Assembly (NCBI GenBank): GCA_965221775.1
Contig: CBDCSU010000004.1
Location: forward strand, 352,001 to 416,000
Origin: Candidatus Latescibacterota bacterium
GTDB lineage: Bacteria > Latescibacterota > UBA2968 > UBA8231
DNA: 64,000 bases
Direction: 5' to 3'
Below the pieces are notes generated by a model. That model searched no databases. It saw nothing but the letters and a program-made list of their open reading frames with translations, and had not been told where the DNA came from. Below, one piece after another: positions 19,586 to 28,838 of this stretch (the first letter of the stretch is position 1; each line of letters begins with the position of its first letter). A program made the translations under genes and the position numbers.

Positions 19586-20338
19586 CTACAGCCGTGTCCG
19601 AGCCTCCTCGAGCCCCCGCTGGGCGACTACTGACCGAGGATTGACGCGGAGGGCCTTTTCGTACTGGGCCGCCGCCTCCGGCCAGCTCGACTCCTCCGCG
19701 AACAGGGCGCCGAGACCGAGGTAGGCGTCGATGGCGTTGATGTTGTTCTCGATGGCGCGCTCGAAGGCCTGGCGCGCGCCATGGGCGTCACCGGCCTTGG
19801 CCAGAGCCTTGCCGAGAAGGATGAAACTCTCCGAGTAGCCTGGGTTGGCGGCTGCGGCGCGCTCGAAGCAGGCGATGGCACTGTCCAGACGGCCTTCCGC
19901 CTGGGCCATCTCTCCAAGGCGGAGGAGAGCCAGGGGATGATCCGGCAGGGCATTGAGGGCCAGGTCGAAGGCGGGCCGGGCGCGGTCTGGCCGATCCTGG
20001 GCAAGCCACTCGATGCCGCTGTTGTAGTGGATGGAGAACAGCCGCCCCCGGTACTGGCGGGCGAGCCGGGACAGCCCCTTCGCCTCGTAGACGCCGGCCA
20101 GCCCGTCGAGGGCCTCGACGCTCGAGCTGTCCTGGCGCAGGGCTCGCCGGAAGCCCTCGGTGGCCCGTTCGAGCCTGCCTTCGGACTGCTGGTGCCGTGC
20201 CCAGGCGAGCAACTCGGAGGTACCGGCCTCGGCCGGCACCTCCTCAGGTGGACCGCAGGACGCTGAAAGGCAGCAGAAGACGAGGGGGAGGAAGCCGCTC
20301 AGGCGACGGACCCGGGGATTCCTTCGGAGAGATATCAC
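19586..20338 (-). CDS. TPR-repeat lipoprotein
   Basis: Lipobox-like LSASC followed by several TPR repeats (AYLGLGAL...YEKALRVNP). Confidence 0.8.
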   Translation of the reverse strand: MISLRRNPRVRRLSGFLPLVFCCLSASCGPPEEVPAEAGTSELLAWARHQQSEGRLERATEGFRRALRQDSSSVEALDGLAGVYEAKGLSRLARQYRGRLFSIHYNSGIEWLAQDRPDRARPAFDLALNALPDHPLALLRLGEMAQAEGRLDSAIACFERAAAANPGYSESFILLGKALAKAGDAHGARQAFERAIENNINAIDAYLGLGALFAEESSWPEAAAQYEKALRVNPRSVVAQRGLEEARTRL

Positions 20339-20826
20339 CGCTCAGGAGGGATCACGATCTTGCCGTCGTAAATGACTTCGCCATTGCGGTCCAGGATCCG
20401 GCCATCCTCGGTGAACTCGTACTTCATCGCCTGGCCCAGGGTGAGGTGCCGCCTCACTTCGTCCAAGTCCCCGTATTTCTCTATGAGTTTCTCGATGGGC
20501 CCCTCGAACTCGGTGGCGTGGTACTTGGGCCGGTCTCTGTCACGCGCCTTCCGTTCCTCCGTGGTCATGATCGGCAGGCGTTCGGCGGCCGGCGAGGTGC
20601 GGCCACCCATGGCCTGCCGGCGGCGGTACTGCTCGTGCCGCTTCTCGGACTCGGAGAGCATCTCCTCCGGCACCGCGCCCAGTCCCGCCCCGCGCTCGAC
20701 GGAGGCGCTCTCCTGCTGGCGCTGCTGCGCCTCCTCGGACTCGCGGGCGAATCTCTCCTCACGCTCCTGATCCAGATCGATATCGGTGCCGAGCTTGCGC
20801 AGCACGTTCTTCGCCGCTCTGTTCAT
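20335..20826 (-). CDS. Hypothetical charged protein
   Basis: 163 aa with natural-looking composition, a GGAGAG-like RBS and an overlap with the downstream gene. No family recognised. Confidence 0.65.
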   Translation of the reverse strand: MNRAAKNVLRKLGTDIDLDQEREERFARESEEAQQRQQESASVERGAGLGAVPEEMLSESEKRHEQYRRRQAMGGRTSPAAERLPIMTTEERKARDRDRPKYHATEFEGPIEKLIEKYGDLDEVRRHLTLGQAMKYEFTEDGRILDRNGEVIYDGKIVIPPER

Positions 20827-20993
20827 CGCTCTCCGTTCTCCGTGGACGGGTGATCATCCCCTCCGGGAATATAGGTTCAGGTCCGTACCTCAGAAAGACG
20901 GCCCAGTGGACATGGCCCCACGGGCACCGCTAATTTACGCACACAAAAACGGTCCGGATTCGGGCAGCCAGGCTTCGACACGGCGGGGTTTGA

Positions 20994-22013
20994 ATGGCGT
21001 TCTTCTCCCGGTTCTTCTCAAACGACATCGGTATCGACCTTGGCACGGCCAACACCCTGATTTACGTGAAGGGCGAGGGGATCGTGCTCAACGAGCCTTC
21101 CATCGTGGCTCGCCAGGTGATGACCAAGAAAGTCATCGCCGTGGGCCACGAAGCGAAGGAGATGATGGGCCGCGAGAACTCGGAAATCGAGACGATCCGG
21201 CCTCTCAAGGACGGCGTCATCGCCGATTTCGAGGTCACCGAGGAGATGATCCGCGCCTTCATCCGAATGGGAATGAGGAACCGGCTGTTCGTCCGGCCCC
21301 GGATCGTCGTCTCCGTGCCTTCCGGCAGCACCGAGGTCGAGAGACGCGCCGTCCGCAATTCCTGCGAACGCGTCGGCGCCCGGGAGGTTCACTTGGTGAG
21401 CGAGCCCATGGCGGCTGCCATCGGCATCGGACTGCCCGTGGAGCAGGCCGTTGGATCGATGGTCATCGATGTCGGCGGCGGGACGACCGAAATCGCGGTC
21501 ATCGCCCTGTCGGGAGTCGTCGCCGCCGAGTCGATCCGGGTCGCCGGCGACGAGATGGACCGGTCGATCGTCGAATGGGTCCGAAAGAAGTACAACCTCC
21601 TCATCGGCCCCCGGTATGCCGAGCAACTGAAGTTCGAGATCGGCTGCGCCATGCCGCTCGATCCCGAGGAGGAGGCGACCGTCCGGGGCCGGGATCTCGT
21701 GGAGGCGATCCCGAAGATCCAGATCGTCGACTCGCGGGAGATCCGCGAAGCCCTGGCCGATCCCGTATCCCAGATCGTCGCCGGGGTCCGCCGAGGGCTG
21801 GAACGCACGCCCCCCGAACTGGCGGCCGACATTCTCGATCGGGGCATGGTCCTGTCGGGCGGCGGCAGCAAGCTGCGCGGCCTGCGGGAGCGTTTGATCG
21901 AAGCCACCAGCCTGCCCACCTACCTCGACGACGAAGATCCGCTGTCGGCCGTGGTGCGCGGAAACGCCCGAGTCCTCGACGAATTCGAGCGGTATCAGAA
22001 GGTCCTCTACTGA
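20994..22013 (+). CDS. mreB: Rod shape-determining protein MreB
   Basis: Motifs IGIDLGTANT, RPLKDGVIADF, DVGGGTTE and ERTPPELAADI. Confidence 0.96.
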   Translation: MAFFSRFFSNDIGIDLGTANTLIYVKGEGIVLNEPSIVARQVMTKKVIAVGHEAKEMMGRENSEIETIRPLKDGVIADFEVTEEMIRAFIRMGMRNRLFVRPRIVVSVPSGSTEVERRAVRNSCERVGAREVHLVSEPMAAAIGIGLPVEQAVGSMVIDVGGGTTEIAVIALSGVVAAESIRVAGDEMDRSIVEWVRKKYNLLIGPRYAEQLKFEIGCAMPLDPEEEATVRGRDLVEAIPKIQIVDSREIREALADPVSQIVAGVRRGLERTPPELAADILDRGMVLSGGGSKLRGLRERLIEATSLPTYLDDEDPLSAVVRGNARVLDEFERYQKVLY

Positions 22014-22022
22014 GCGTCGTTC

Positions 22023-22805
22023 GTGCTCCAGCGCCGTCGTGAGTACCTCTGTCTCGGCCTGGTGGTGCTGGCGGCCCTGATGTTGCTGGCTACGCCTTCC
22101 GCCCAACAGGAGAGTCTCGCCCGCAGGCTGCGCACGGTGTCCTGGCAAACGGGACAGTGGATGTTCTCCCGGGTGATCAGCTTCGCCCGGAATCAGGAGC
22201 ATTCGAGGCACCTCCTCACGCAGAATGTGCAGCTCGCCCTGGAGAACATGCGCCTGCGCGAATCGGCCGAGGAAACCCTGCGTCTGCGGACGGCCCTGGA
22301 GTTCCGGGAGCGCAGCCGGATGGGGGACCTGACTCCCGCCGAGGTGATCGGCCGGGATCCCGACCAGGGGTTCGGGATCCTGTTGGTCAACGGCGGCAGG
22401 GACCTGGGCCTGCAAGAGAACTGGCCGGTGGTCACTACGGAGGGACTTGTCGGCCATCTCCAGCAGGTCGATGCCCACAGTTCCGTGGTGCGCCTGATCC
22501 TCGATGCGAGAGTCGCCGCTCTGGTCCACGGCAGCCGGGCTCAGGGCATCGTCTCCCCTCTCAAGGACAACCTCTTCGAGCTCAGCTACGTGGAAGCGAG
22601 CAAGGAGGTGTCGCCAGGCGATCGAGTCGTGTCGTCCGGCATGGGCGGGCGGTACCCGAAGGGGATCACCATCGGTCACGTCACCCAGGTCAGCAGGCGA
22701 GTGGACAACCCGCTCTTCAAGCAGATCGTTCTGCAGTCGGATGTCGATTTCCGGGGTCTGGAGGAGGTGTTCATTCTCCGTCCTTCAGGCGGCGAGAGCC
22801 GTTGA
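22023..22805 (+). CDS. mreC: Rod shape-determining protein MreC
   Basis: N-terminal TM and coiled coil, then AEVIGRDP and VVSSGMGGRYPKGITIG. Follows mreB. Confidence 0.92.
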   Translation: MLQRRREYLCLGLVVLAALMLLATPSAQQESLARRLRTVSWQTGQWMFSRVISFARNQEHSRHLLTQNVQLALENMRLRESAEETLRLRTALEFRERSRMGDLTPAEVIGRDPDQGFGILLVNGGRDLGLQENWPVVTTEGLVGHLQQVDAHSSVVRLILDARVAALVHGSRAQGIVSPLKDNLFELSYVEASKEVSPGDRVVSSGMGGRYPKGITIGHVTQVSRRVDNPLFKQIVLQSDVDFRGLEEVFILRPSGGESR

Positions 22806-22830
22806 CAACCCCCTGGGCGGTAGTTATTAT
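22802..22830 (+). promoter_or_regulatory. Sigma70-type promoter for the HU/tRNA cluster
   Basis: TTGACA (22802-22807), 17 bp spacer, TATTAT (22825-22830). Confidence 0.8.
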
Positions 22831-22962
22831 GGCAGGGCCGTCAAGTGCGCGTAAGCGTCTGGCGCACAAGCGGAAGCGCCGAGCCGACCCGGCCCGGAAG
22901 GGCGCTCGACCGACAGGGTGCAGCGGGCCGGGGCATCGACCGTGAACGAGAGGGGGGCGGCC

Positions 22963-23295
22963 TTGACCAAGGCTGACATCGTCCGCCGAATCGCCCAAGG
23001 CACGGGGCTCACGAAGACCGACACGGGTGCAGTCGTCGACGGCTTCATCGAAGCCGTGGTGGAGGCTCTCCAAAAGGGCGAGCACATCGAGATCCGAGGG
23101 TTCGGCACCTTCAAGTCGGTCAGCCGGGCCCCCCGGACGGGGCGCAATCCGCGAACCGGCGCCGAGGTCCGGATCTCTCGCCGCAAGGCCCCAGTATTCA
23201 AACCATCCAAGGAACTGCGCGCTCGAGTCGGAGCCGAGGGCAATCCAGAAGGAGCGGAAAAGGATGCCGTGTGGAAGGAAGAGAAAGCGGCATAA
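22963..23295 (+). CDS. hup: HU/IHF family DNA-binding protein
   Basis: Motifs (M)TKADIV, IEIRGFGTF, GRNPRTG and PVFKPSKELR. TTG start after a GAGGGG RBS. Confidence 0.92.
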   Translation: MTKADIVRRIAQGTGLTKTDTGAVVDGFIEAVVEALQKGEHIEIRGFGTFKSVSRAPRTGRNPRTGAEVRISRRKAPVFKPSKELRARVGAEGNPEGAEKDAVWKEEKAA

Positions 23296-23359
23296 GATCA
23301 ACACCCACAAGCGCAAGAAGCGCCTGCGCAAGAACCGTCACAAGAAGCGCGACCTCTAG
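23264..23359 (+). CDS. Small basic AURKAIP1/COX24 (bS22/mS38-like) ribosomal protein
   Basis: MPCGRKRKRHKINTHKRKKRLRKNRHKKRDL (31 aa) matches the pattern of this small-protein family. Confidence 0.8.
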   Translation: MPCGRKRKRHKINTHKRKKRLRKNRHKKRDL

Positions 23360-23412
23360 GTCCAGTTCGCGCGTGGCGCGACGGTCACGGACCGTCGCGC
23401 GCAGCAAGGCGT

Positions 23413-23489
23413 GAGCTATTAGCTCAGCTGGATAGAGCGCTTGCCTCCGGAGCAAGAGGTCACAGGTTCGAATCCTGTATAGCTCACCA
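23413..23489 (+). tRNA. tRNA-Arg(CCG)
   Basis: Acceptor stem GAGCTAT/ATAGCTC, anticodon arm CTTGC-CTCCGGA-GCAAG, T loop GGTTCGAATCC and encoded CCA. Confidence 0.95.
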
Positions 23490-23497
23490 TCGCCGGT

Positions 23498-23574
<77 letters not shown>

Positions 23575-23677
23575 TTTTTCGCACGTCCGGCGGGCCTCGG
23601 GGACTCTCAGGAGTCTCCGGGGGCCCCCACGAAGCCGCAGTGGGCCTCCGGCCCGATGTTGGCCCATGCCCTCGCGT

Positions 23678-23755
23678 CGGGGTGTAGCGCAGTCCGGTTA
23701 GCGCACCTGCTTCGGGAGCAGGGGGTCGGCGGTTCGAATCCGCCCACCCCGACCA
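23678..23755 (+). tRNA. tRNA-Pro(CGG)
   Basis: Acceptor stem CGGGGTG/CACCCCG, anticodon arm CCTGC-TTCGGGA-GCAGG, T loop GGTTCGAATCC and CCA. Confidence 0.95.
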
Positions 23756-23773
23756 TCCCTTCACGGATCCACT

Positions 23774-23815
23774 GATCGGCCCCCGGAAGCGGACCTCCGG
23801 GGGCCGATCCTCTTT
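23774..23815 (+). terminator. Probable intrinsic terminator or processing hairpin after the tRNA cluster
   Basis: Perfect 14-bp stem GATCGGCCCCCGGA / TCCGGGGGCCGATC followed by CTCTTT, which is a weak U-tract. Confidence 0.6.
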
Positions 23816-23826
23816 GCCCTCACCCC

Positions 23827-24780
23827 ATGGCCTACCCGATACCGAGCGTCGTCATCGTCGGCCCCACCGCCGTGGGCAAGACGGAGCTGGCCCTCGGCTT
23901 GGCGGAGTCCATGGAAGGGGAGATCGTCTCCATCGACTCTCGCCAGGTCTACCGGGAGCTGAACATCGGAACCGCCAAGCCGAGCGCCCGACAGCGCCGG
24001 CGGGTCCGCCATCACATGATCGACCTCATCGAGCCCGGCCAGACCTTCAGCGCGGGACGTTTCGGCGCCGCCGCGAGAGAGACGGTCGAGAGTCTCGAGG
24101 CCCGCGGCCGCACGGCGCTTCTGGTGGGTGGGTCGGGACTGTACCTGACCGCCGCCATCGATGGTCTGTTCGATGCGCCGCAGCCGGACCCCGCCCTTCG
24201 GGAGAGAGTGGCCGTCCGCCTGCGGGAGCAGGGAACCGCCGCCTTGTACGACGACTTGCGGCGCCAGGATCCGGCGGCCGCCAGCGAGATCGAGCCCGGC
24301 GATGGAGTCCGCATACTCCGGGCGCTCGAGCTGACCCTGACCGACGGCCGCCAGCGGGCGGAGAGGTGGGAGACGGATGGCGGCCGCGGCTTGAGAGCCT
24401 TGCCGATGATGATCTGTCTCACCCGGCCCCGGGACAGCCTCTACCGGCGGATCGACAGGAGGACCGTGGAGATGTTCGAAGCCGGGTGGCCGCTGGAGGT
24501 GGAGAGATTGCTGGAAGAAGGCATGGACCCGGGCGCTCCCGGACTGCAGAGCCTGGGCTATGCCGAGATCCTGGAGTACCTGGCCGGCCGCCTTCCGAAG
24601 GACCTGGCGATCGAAGCCATTCAGCGTCGGACGCGGCGGTTCTCCAAGCGCCAGATGACCTGGTTCCGGCGCGATCGACGCCTCCGCTGGCTCGACCTGG
24701 ATCGGGTGGGCTCCAGGGGAGCAAGGGATCGGATTCTGCGCCAATGGACAGCCAGCAAACCACCTCCTGATGACAATTGA
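23827..24780 (+). CDS. miaA: tRNA (adenosine(37)-N6)-dimethylallyltransferase
   Basis: Motifs GPTAVGKT, DSRQVYR..IGTAKP, VGGSGLY and KRQMTWFR. Confidence 0.95.
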   Translation: MAYPIPSVVIVGPTAVGKTELALGLAESMEGEIVSIDSRQVYRELNIGTAKPSARQRRRVRHHMIDLIEPGQTFSAGRFGAAARETVESLEARGRTALLVGGSGLYLTAAIDGLFDAPQPDPALRERVAVRLREQGTAALYDDLRRQDPAAASEIEPGDGVRILRALELTLTDGRQRAERWETDGGRGLRALPMMICLTRPRDSLYRRIDRRTVEMFEAGWPLEVERLLEEGMDPGAPGLQSLGYAEILEYLAGRLPKDLAIEAIQRRTRRFSKRQMTWFRRDRRLRWLDLDRVGSRGARDRILRQWTASKPPPDDN

Positions 24781-24805
24781 CCCTGGCACTTAGCCCGGTT
24801 ATCTT
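24777..24805 (+). promoter_or_regulatory. Sigma70-type promoter for tRNA-Gly
   Basis: TTGACC, 17 bp spacer, TATCTT, ending 33 bp upstream of the tRNA. Confidence 0.65.
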
Positions 24806-24838
24806 ACTGCCCACCTCAAGTGCGGAAAGAGGACCGGA

Positions 24839-24913
24839 GCGGGAGTAGTTCAGGGGTAGAACGCAAGCTTCCCAAGCTTGATGTCGCGGGTTCGACTCCC
24901 GTCTCCCGCTCCA
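24839..24913 (+). tRNA. tRNA-Gly(CCC)
   Basis: Acceptor stem GCGGGAG/CTCCCGC, anticodon arm CAAGC-TTCCCAA-GCTTG, T loop GGTTCGACTCC and TCCA end. Confidence 0.95.
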
Positions 24914-25045
24914 ATTCCTCTCCATCCTTCCGGCAGATCCCGTGAACGGCCCACAGCGGCCTCCCGGCTACAAGAACCTGCTCCCGAACGTCCTCCCGCC
25001 TGAACGAGAGTCTCAAGGGCCTTTCCGTGGGCATCGGAGGGTTGA

Positions 25046-26395
25046 ATGATCCCGGTGAGCGGGGTGGCATCCGGTTCCCTGGCCGAGCGTGCGGGGTTCG
25101 CGGCAGGAGACCGGATCGCCCGTGTCAACGGTGAGCCGGTAGGGGACCTGATCGACTTCCAGGTGGCCAGCTCCGAGCCGCGGCTGCTGTTCGAGGTCGA
25201 GCGGGAGGGCGAGCTGTACGAGGTGGAGGTGGAGCGCCGGGACGGAGAGTCCCTGGGCTTCGACTTCGAAGAGATGCGCCTCCGGCGATGCAACAACAAG
25301 TGCGTGTTCTGCTTCCTCCACCAGATGCCGGGGGGCATGCGGCGGTCCCTCTACTTCGAAGACGACGACTACCGGCTCTCCTTCCTCCACGGATCCTACG
25401 TGACCCTGACCAACGTCAAGGAGCGCGACCTCAGGCGGATCGTGGATCAGGGCCTGACGCCCCAGTACATCTCGGTTCACGCCACCGACCCGGCCCTGAG
25501 GCAGCAACTGCTCGGCCGCAAGGGGGGCACCGTGCCCATCCTCGAGCGGATCGGGTTCCTGGCTCGCTCAGGGATCGAGATGCACACCCAGATCGTCCTC
25601 TGCCCCGGCTGGAACGACGGCGACCACCTGGAGCACACATTGCGGGACCTCGAGGGCTTCTACCCTTCGGTCCGCTCCGTGGCGCTTGTCCCTGTCGGAC
25701 TGACGCGTTTCCGGCAGCACCTGCCGGAGCTGCGGCCCGTGACGCCAGCCACGGCCGAGAGCTACCTGGCGCATGCCGACCGATGGGGGGTGCGCTGTGC
25801 CCGGGATCTGGGCGAGCGCTTCGTCTATCCCGGAGACGAGTTGTTCCTGATGGTCGGGCGGCTGCCGCCGGCGGCCTCCTACTACGATGCCTTTCCCCAG
25901 ATCGAGAACGGCATCGGAATGGTGCGGACCTTCCTCGACCGCTGGGAGCGGGGACGGACGGATCTGCCGAAGGATCTCCACAGGCCGCTGCACCTCGCCC
26001 TGGTCACGGGCCGGCTGGCAGGCCCGTTCCTGACCCCCATGGTGGAGGGCATCGAGACCGCAGGCCTCCGGGCCGATGTGGTGGTGGTGGACAACGACTT
26101 CTTCGGGACCGGCATCACCGTCTCCGGGCTCCTCACGGGGCAGGATATCATCGGCGCCGTGCGCGGGGGGCCCTGGGATCTCGTCGTCCTGCCCCCCAAC
26201 ACCGTCAACGGCGAGGGCATGACCCTCGACGACATGACCGTACCCCGGATCGAGGCGGCCACGGGTATTCCCGTGACGGTCGGGGAGTACGATCTGGCGG
26301 CGACCTTGCTGCGCTGCATCGACCGGGAGAGCGTGGCCCACGGCCGAGGCCGCCAGCTCTCGGAACTCGGGTTCTACGTCGGGCGGAACCGGTGA
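25046..26395 (+). CDS. DUF512 family PDZ/radical-SAM-like protein
   Basis: N-terminal PDZ-like region, then CNNKCVFCF (CxxxCxxC), DDDYRLSFLHG and QIENGIGMVR. Confidence 0.88.
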   Translation: MIPVSGVASGSLAERAGFAAGDRIARVNGEPVGDLIDFQVASSEPRLLFEVEREGELYEVEVERRDGESLGFDFEEMRLRRCNNKCVFCFLHQMPGGMRRSLYFEDDDYRLSFLHGSYVTLTNVKERDLRRIVDQGLTPQYISVHATDPALRQQLLGRKGGTVPILERIGFLARSGIEMHTQIVLCPGWNDGDHLEHTLRDLEGFYPSVRSVALVPVGLTRFRQHLPELRPVTPATAESYLAHADRWGVRCARDLGERFVYPGDELFLMVGRLPPAASYYDAFPQIENGIGMVRTFLDRWERGRTDLPKDLHRPLHLALVTGRLAGPFLTPMVEGIETAGLRADVVVVDNDFFGTGITVSGLLTGQDIIGAVRGGPWDLVVLPPNTVNGEGMTLDDMTVPRIEAATGIPVTVGEYDLAATLLRCIDRESVAHGRGRQLSELGFYVGRNR

Positions 26396-27789
26396 CGACC
26401 TCGGGATCCACCCCCACCGGCCTTCCCGTGGCGCCGGAAGGTCCCGTCGTCGCCATCGTGGGCCGGCCGAATGTCGGCAAGTCCACCCTCTTCAACCGTC
26501 TCACCGGCACCCGGCGGGCCATCACCGACGATCGTCCCGGCGTCACCCGCGACCGGATCCGCGGCACCGCGGAGTGGGGCGGACACCGATTCACTCTCGT
26601 GGACACCGGCGGCTACGTCCCCCGCGCCGGCGGCCTCGAAGGCCAGGTGCGGCAACAGGCGGAAAAGGCCCTGGAGGAGTCCGACCTCGTCCTCCTTGTC
26701 TGCGACGCCACGGAGGGGGTCTCGGCAGCCGACCGGGATGTGGCTGATCTCCTGCGGCGGAGAGATGTGCGGTGCCTGCTGGTGGTCAACAAGGTCGATC
26801 ACCCCGATCCGTGCCGTTACGACATGGGGGAGTTCTTCGGACTCGGACTGGGCGATCCCCATCCCGTGTCGGGTGCAACCGGCCGCCGGTCGGGCGACCT
26901 GCTCCAGGCGATCGTCTCCGGCTTCGACGATCCAGCGTCCCCGGAGCCGGATCGCCCGCCCGAGGAGGTGCGCGTGGTCCTGGCGGGACGGCCGAATGTG
27001 GGCAAGTCGACGCTGATCAACCGGCTTTGCGGAGAGCGGATCTCCATCGTCCACGCCGAACCCGGAACGACGCGCGACTCCACCGACGTCACCATTCTCC
27101 GCGGCGGCCGGCGCTTCGTCCTCGTCGATACCGCCGGGATCCGCAGGCGCGCGCGGGTTCAGGATCCGGTCGAGTACTTCAGCACCCTCCGGGCTTCCCA
27201 CAGCCTCGAGAGGTCGGACGTGGTCGTCGTCCTCCTGGACGCAGTCGAGGGAACCACCGCACAGGACGCCCGGCTCATGAGCCGGGTCATGGAACTCGGA
27301 CGAGGCATGGTGGTGGCGGTGAACAAGTGGGATCTGGTGGCCGGGTCCGCAAGGGCCGACATCGACGCCTATCGCGACGGGATGAGACGACGGCATCCCT
27401 TTCTCCAGCACTATCCGATCCTCACCCTGTCGGCGATGACGGGCCGCCGAGCGGCGGCCTGTCTCGACACCTCGGCCGCAGTGGCCGGCCGCGCCCGCGC
27501 CCGGGTTCCCACCCCCAGGCTGAACCGGTGGCTCGGGGAGGTCACCCGGAGGCTGGCCCCGGGCGGCGGTGGGGAGGTACGGATCCTCTACGCCGCCCAG
27601 ACCGGGATTGAGCCGCCTTCTTTCGTCCTGTTCTGCAATCACCCGGACCGGATCAGCCCGTCCTATCGCCGCTTCGTGGAGAACAACCTGCGAGAGAGCA
27701 TCGATCTGGTTGGGACGCCGGTCCGCATCCACTGGCGAAACAGGCGCCCGGACAGGACTCCGGAGCGAACGGGGAAGAGGTCGGGATGA
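26392..27789 (+). CDS. der: Ribosome biogenesis GTPase Der
   Basis: Two GRPNVGKS P-loops, DTGG/DTAG and NKVD/NKWD. GTGA overlap with the upstream gene. Confidence 0.95.
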   Translation: MTTSGSTPTGLPVAPEGPVVAIVGRPNVGKSTLFNRLTGTRRAITDDRPGVTRDRIRGTAEWGGHRFTLVDTGGYVPRAGGLEGQVRQQAEKALEESDLVLLVCDATEGVSAADRDVADLLRRRDVRCLLVVNKVDHPDPCRYDMGEFFGLGLGDPHPVSGATGRRSGDLLQAIVSGFDDPASPEPDRPPEEVRVVLAGRPNVGKSTLINRLCGERISIVHAEPGTTRDSTDVTILRGGRRFVLVDTAGIRRRARVQDPVEYFSTLRASHSLERSDVVVVLLDAVEGTTAQDARLMSRVMELGRGMVVAVNKWDLVAGSARADIDAYRDGMRRRHPFLQHYPILTLSAMTGRRAAACLDTSAAVAGRARARVPTPRLNRWLGEVTRRLAPGGGGEVRILYAAQTGIEPPSFVLFCNHPDRISPSYRRFVENNLRESIDLVGTPVRIHWRNRRPDRTPERTGKRSG

Positions 27790-28223
27790 GTGAGCTCAAG
27801 CCGGGGATCGGCAAGTTGTACTACAGCATCGGAGAGGTATCGGAACTGACCGGTCTGCCGCCATACACCCTGAGGTCCTGGGAGAAGGAGTTCCCCTCCC
27901 TGCGCCCCAGGCGGGTCCGCGGCAAGAACCGGGCCTACCGTCCCCGCGACATCGGCATCATCCTGCTCATCAAGCGGCTCCTTCACGAGGAGCGCTACTC
28001 CACCGCAGGCGCGCGCCGGAAGCTGCGCAACGAGCCGGAGTTGGTTCAGCAGGCGGCCGACGGCTTCCCGGAGGAGTCGCGCGGCAGCCGGCTTCCCGAG
28101 GGGGGCCGGGAGACCCGGCCGCCGGCTCCGCAATCGGGCCCCGGAAGCGACGAGGCGCGGTCCGGCGACCTGCCCGGGGGGATCCTCGAGGAGCTTCGCC
28201 GGATCGCGCGGTTGCTGGAATAG
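27786..28223 (+). CDS. MerR family transcriptional regulator
   Basis: Motif KLYYSIGEVSELTGLPPYTLRSWEKEF...NRAY. Confidence 0.88.
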   Translation: MSELKPGIGKLYYSIGEVSELTGLPPYTLRSWEKEFPSLRPRRVRGKNRAYRPRDIGIILLIKRLLHEERYSTAGARRKLRNEPELVQQAADGFPEESRGSRLPEGGRETRPPAPQSGPGSDEARSGDLPGGILEELRRIARLLE

Positions 28224-28255
28224 CTGCAAGGGTGCCGGCCTCGGTACCCTCAACC

Positions 28256-28284
28256 TTGCTCAACGCCATAATTGTCTGTATTTT
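28256..28284 (+). promoter_or_regulatory. Possible sigma70 promoter of the rimP-nusA-infB operon
   Basis: TTGCTC, 17 bp spacer, TATTTT, within an AT-rich patch. Confidence 0.45.
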
Positions 28285-28339
28285 TTGGAACTTCGGCAGG
28301 CTCGGCGTGCCTGCTGGTGACCCGGGAGAGCCAAGGGCC

Positions 28340-28828
28340 ATGGCCGAAGCAGAGGCAAGCGACGACCGGGCGGGCCGATCTGCGCAGCCGGAGGCCCTGC
28401 GCCCTCTGTTGTTCGAGATCGCGGAGCCCGTCGTGGCCGACCACGGCGCCGAGCTCGTCGATGTCGAGGTCTCCGGGTCGGGCAGCTTCAGCGTTCGCCT
28501 GGCGGTCTACCGCGACGCGGGCATCACCGTGGATCTGTGTGAGGCCATCTCCCGGGAGCTTTCGGATGTCCTCGATATCGAGGATCCCCTTCCCGGGCGC
28601 TACCGGCTCGAGGTGACTTCACCCGGCCTCGAGCGGCCGCTGCGGACCGACGCCGACTTTCGGCGCGCCCACCGTCGCAGGCTCAAGGTCGTCACCTGCG
28701 ACGGTCGTACCGAATTCGGCCGTCTCACCGGGTTCACGGAGACCTCGATCGAGCTCGAGCGCAAGGCCGGCCCCCGGAGCGTCGCCCGCGGCGACATCGC
28801 CCGGGCCACCATCGAAGTGGAATTCTGA
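28340..28828 (+). CDS. rimP: Ribosome maturation factor RimP
   Basis: Motifs ITVDLCEAISRELS and YRLEVTSPGLERPL. Lies upstream of nusA. Confidence 0.93.
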   Translation: MAEAEASDDRAGRSAQPEALRPLLFEIAEPVVADHGAELVDVEVSGSGSFSVRLAVYRDAGITVDLCEAISRELSDVLDIEDPLPGRYRLEVTSPGLERPLRTDADFRRAHRRRLKVVTCDGRTEFGRLTGFTETSIELERKAGPRSVARGDIARATIEVEF

Positions 28829-28838
28829 ACGGAGCGGG

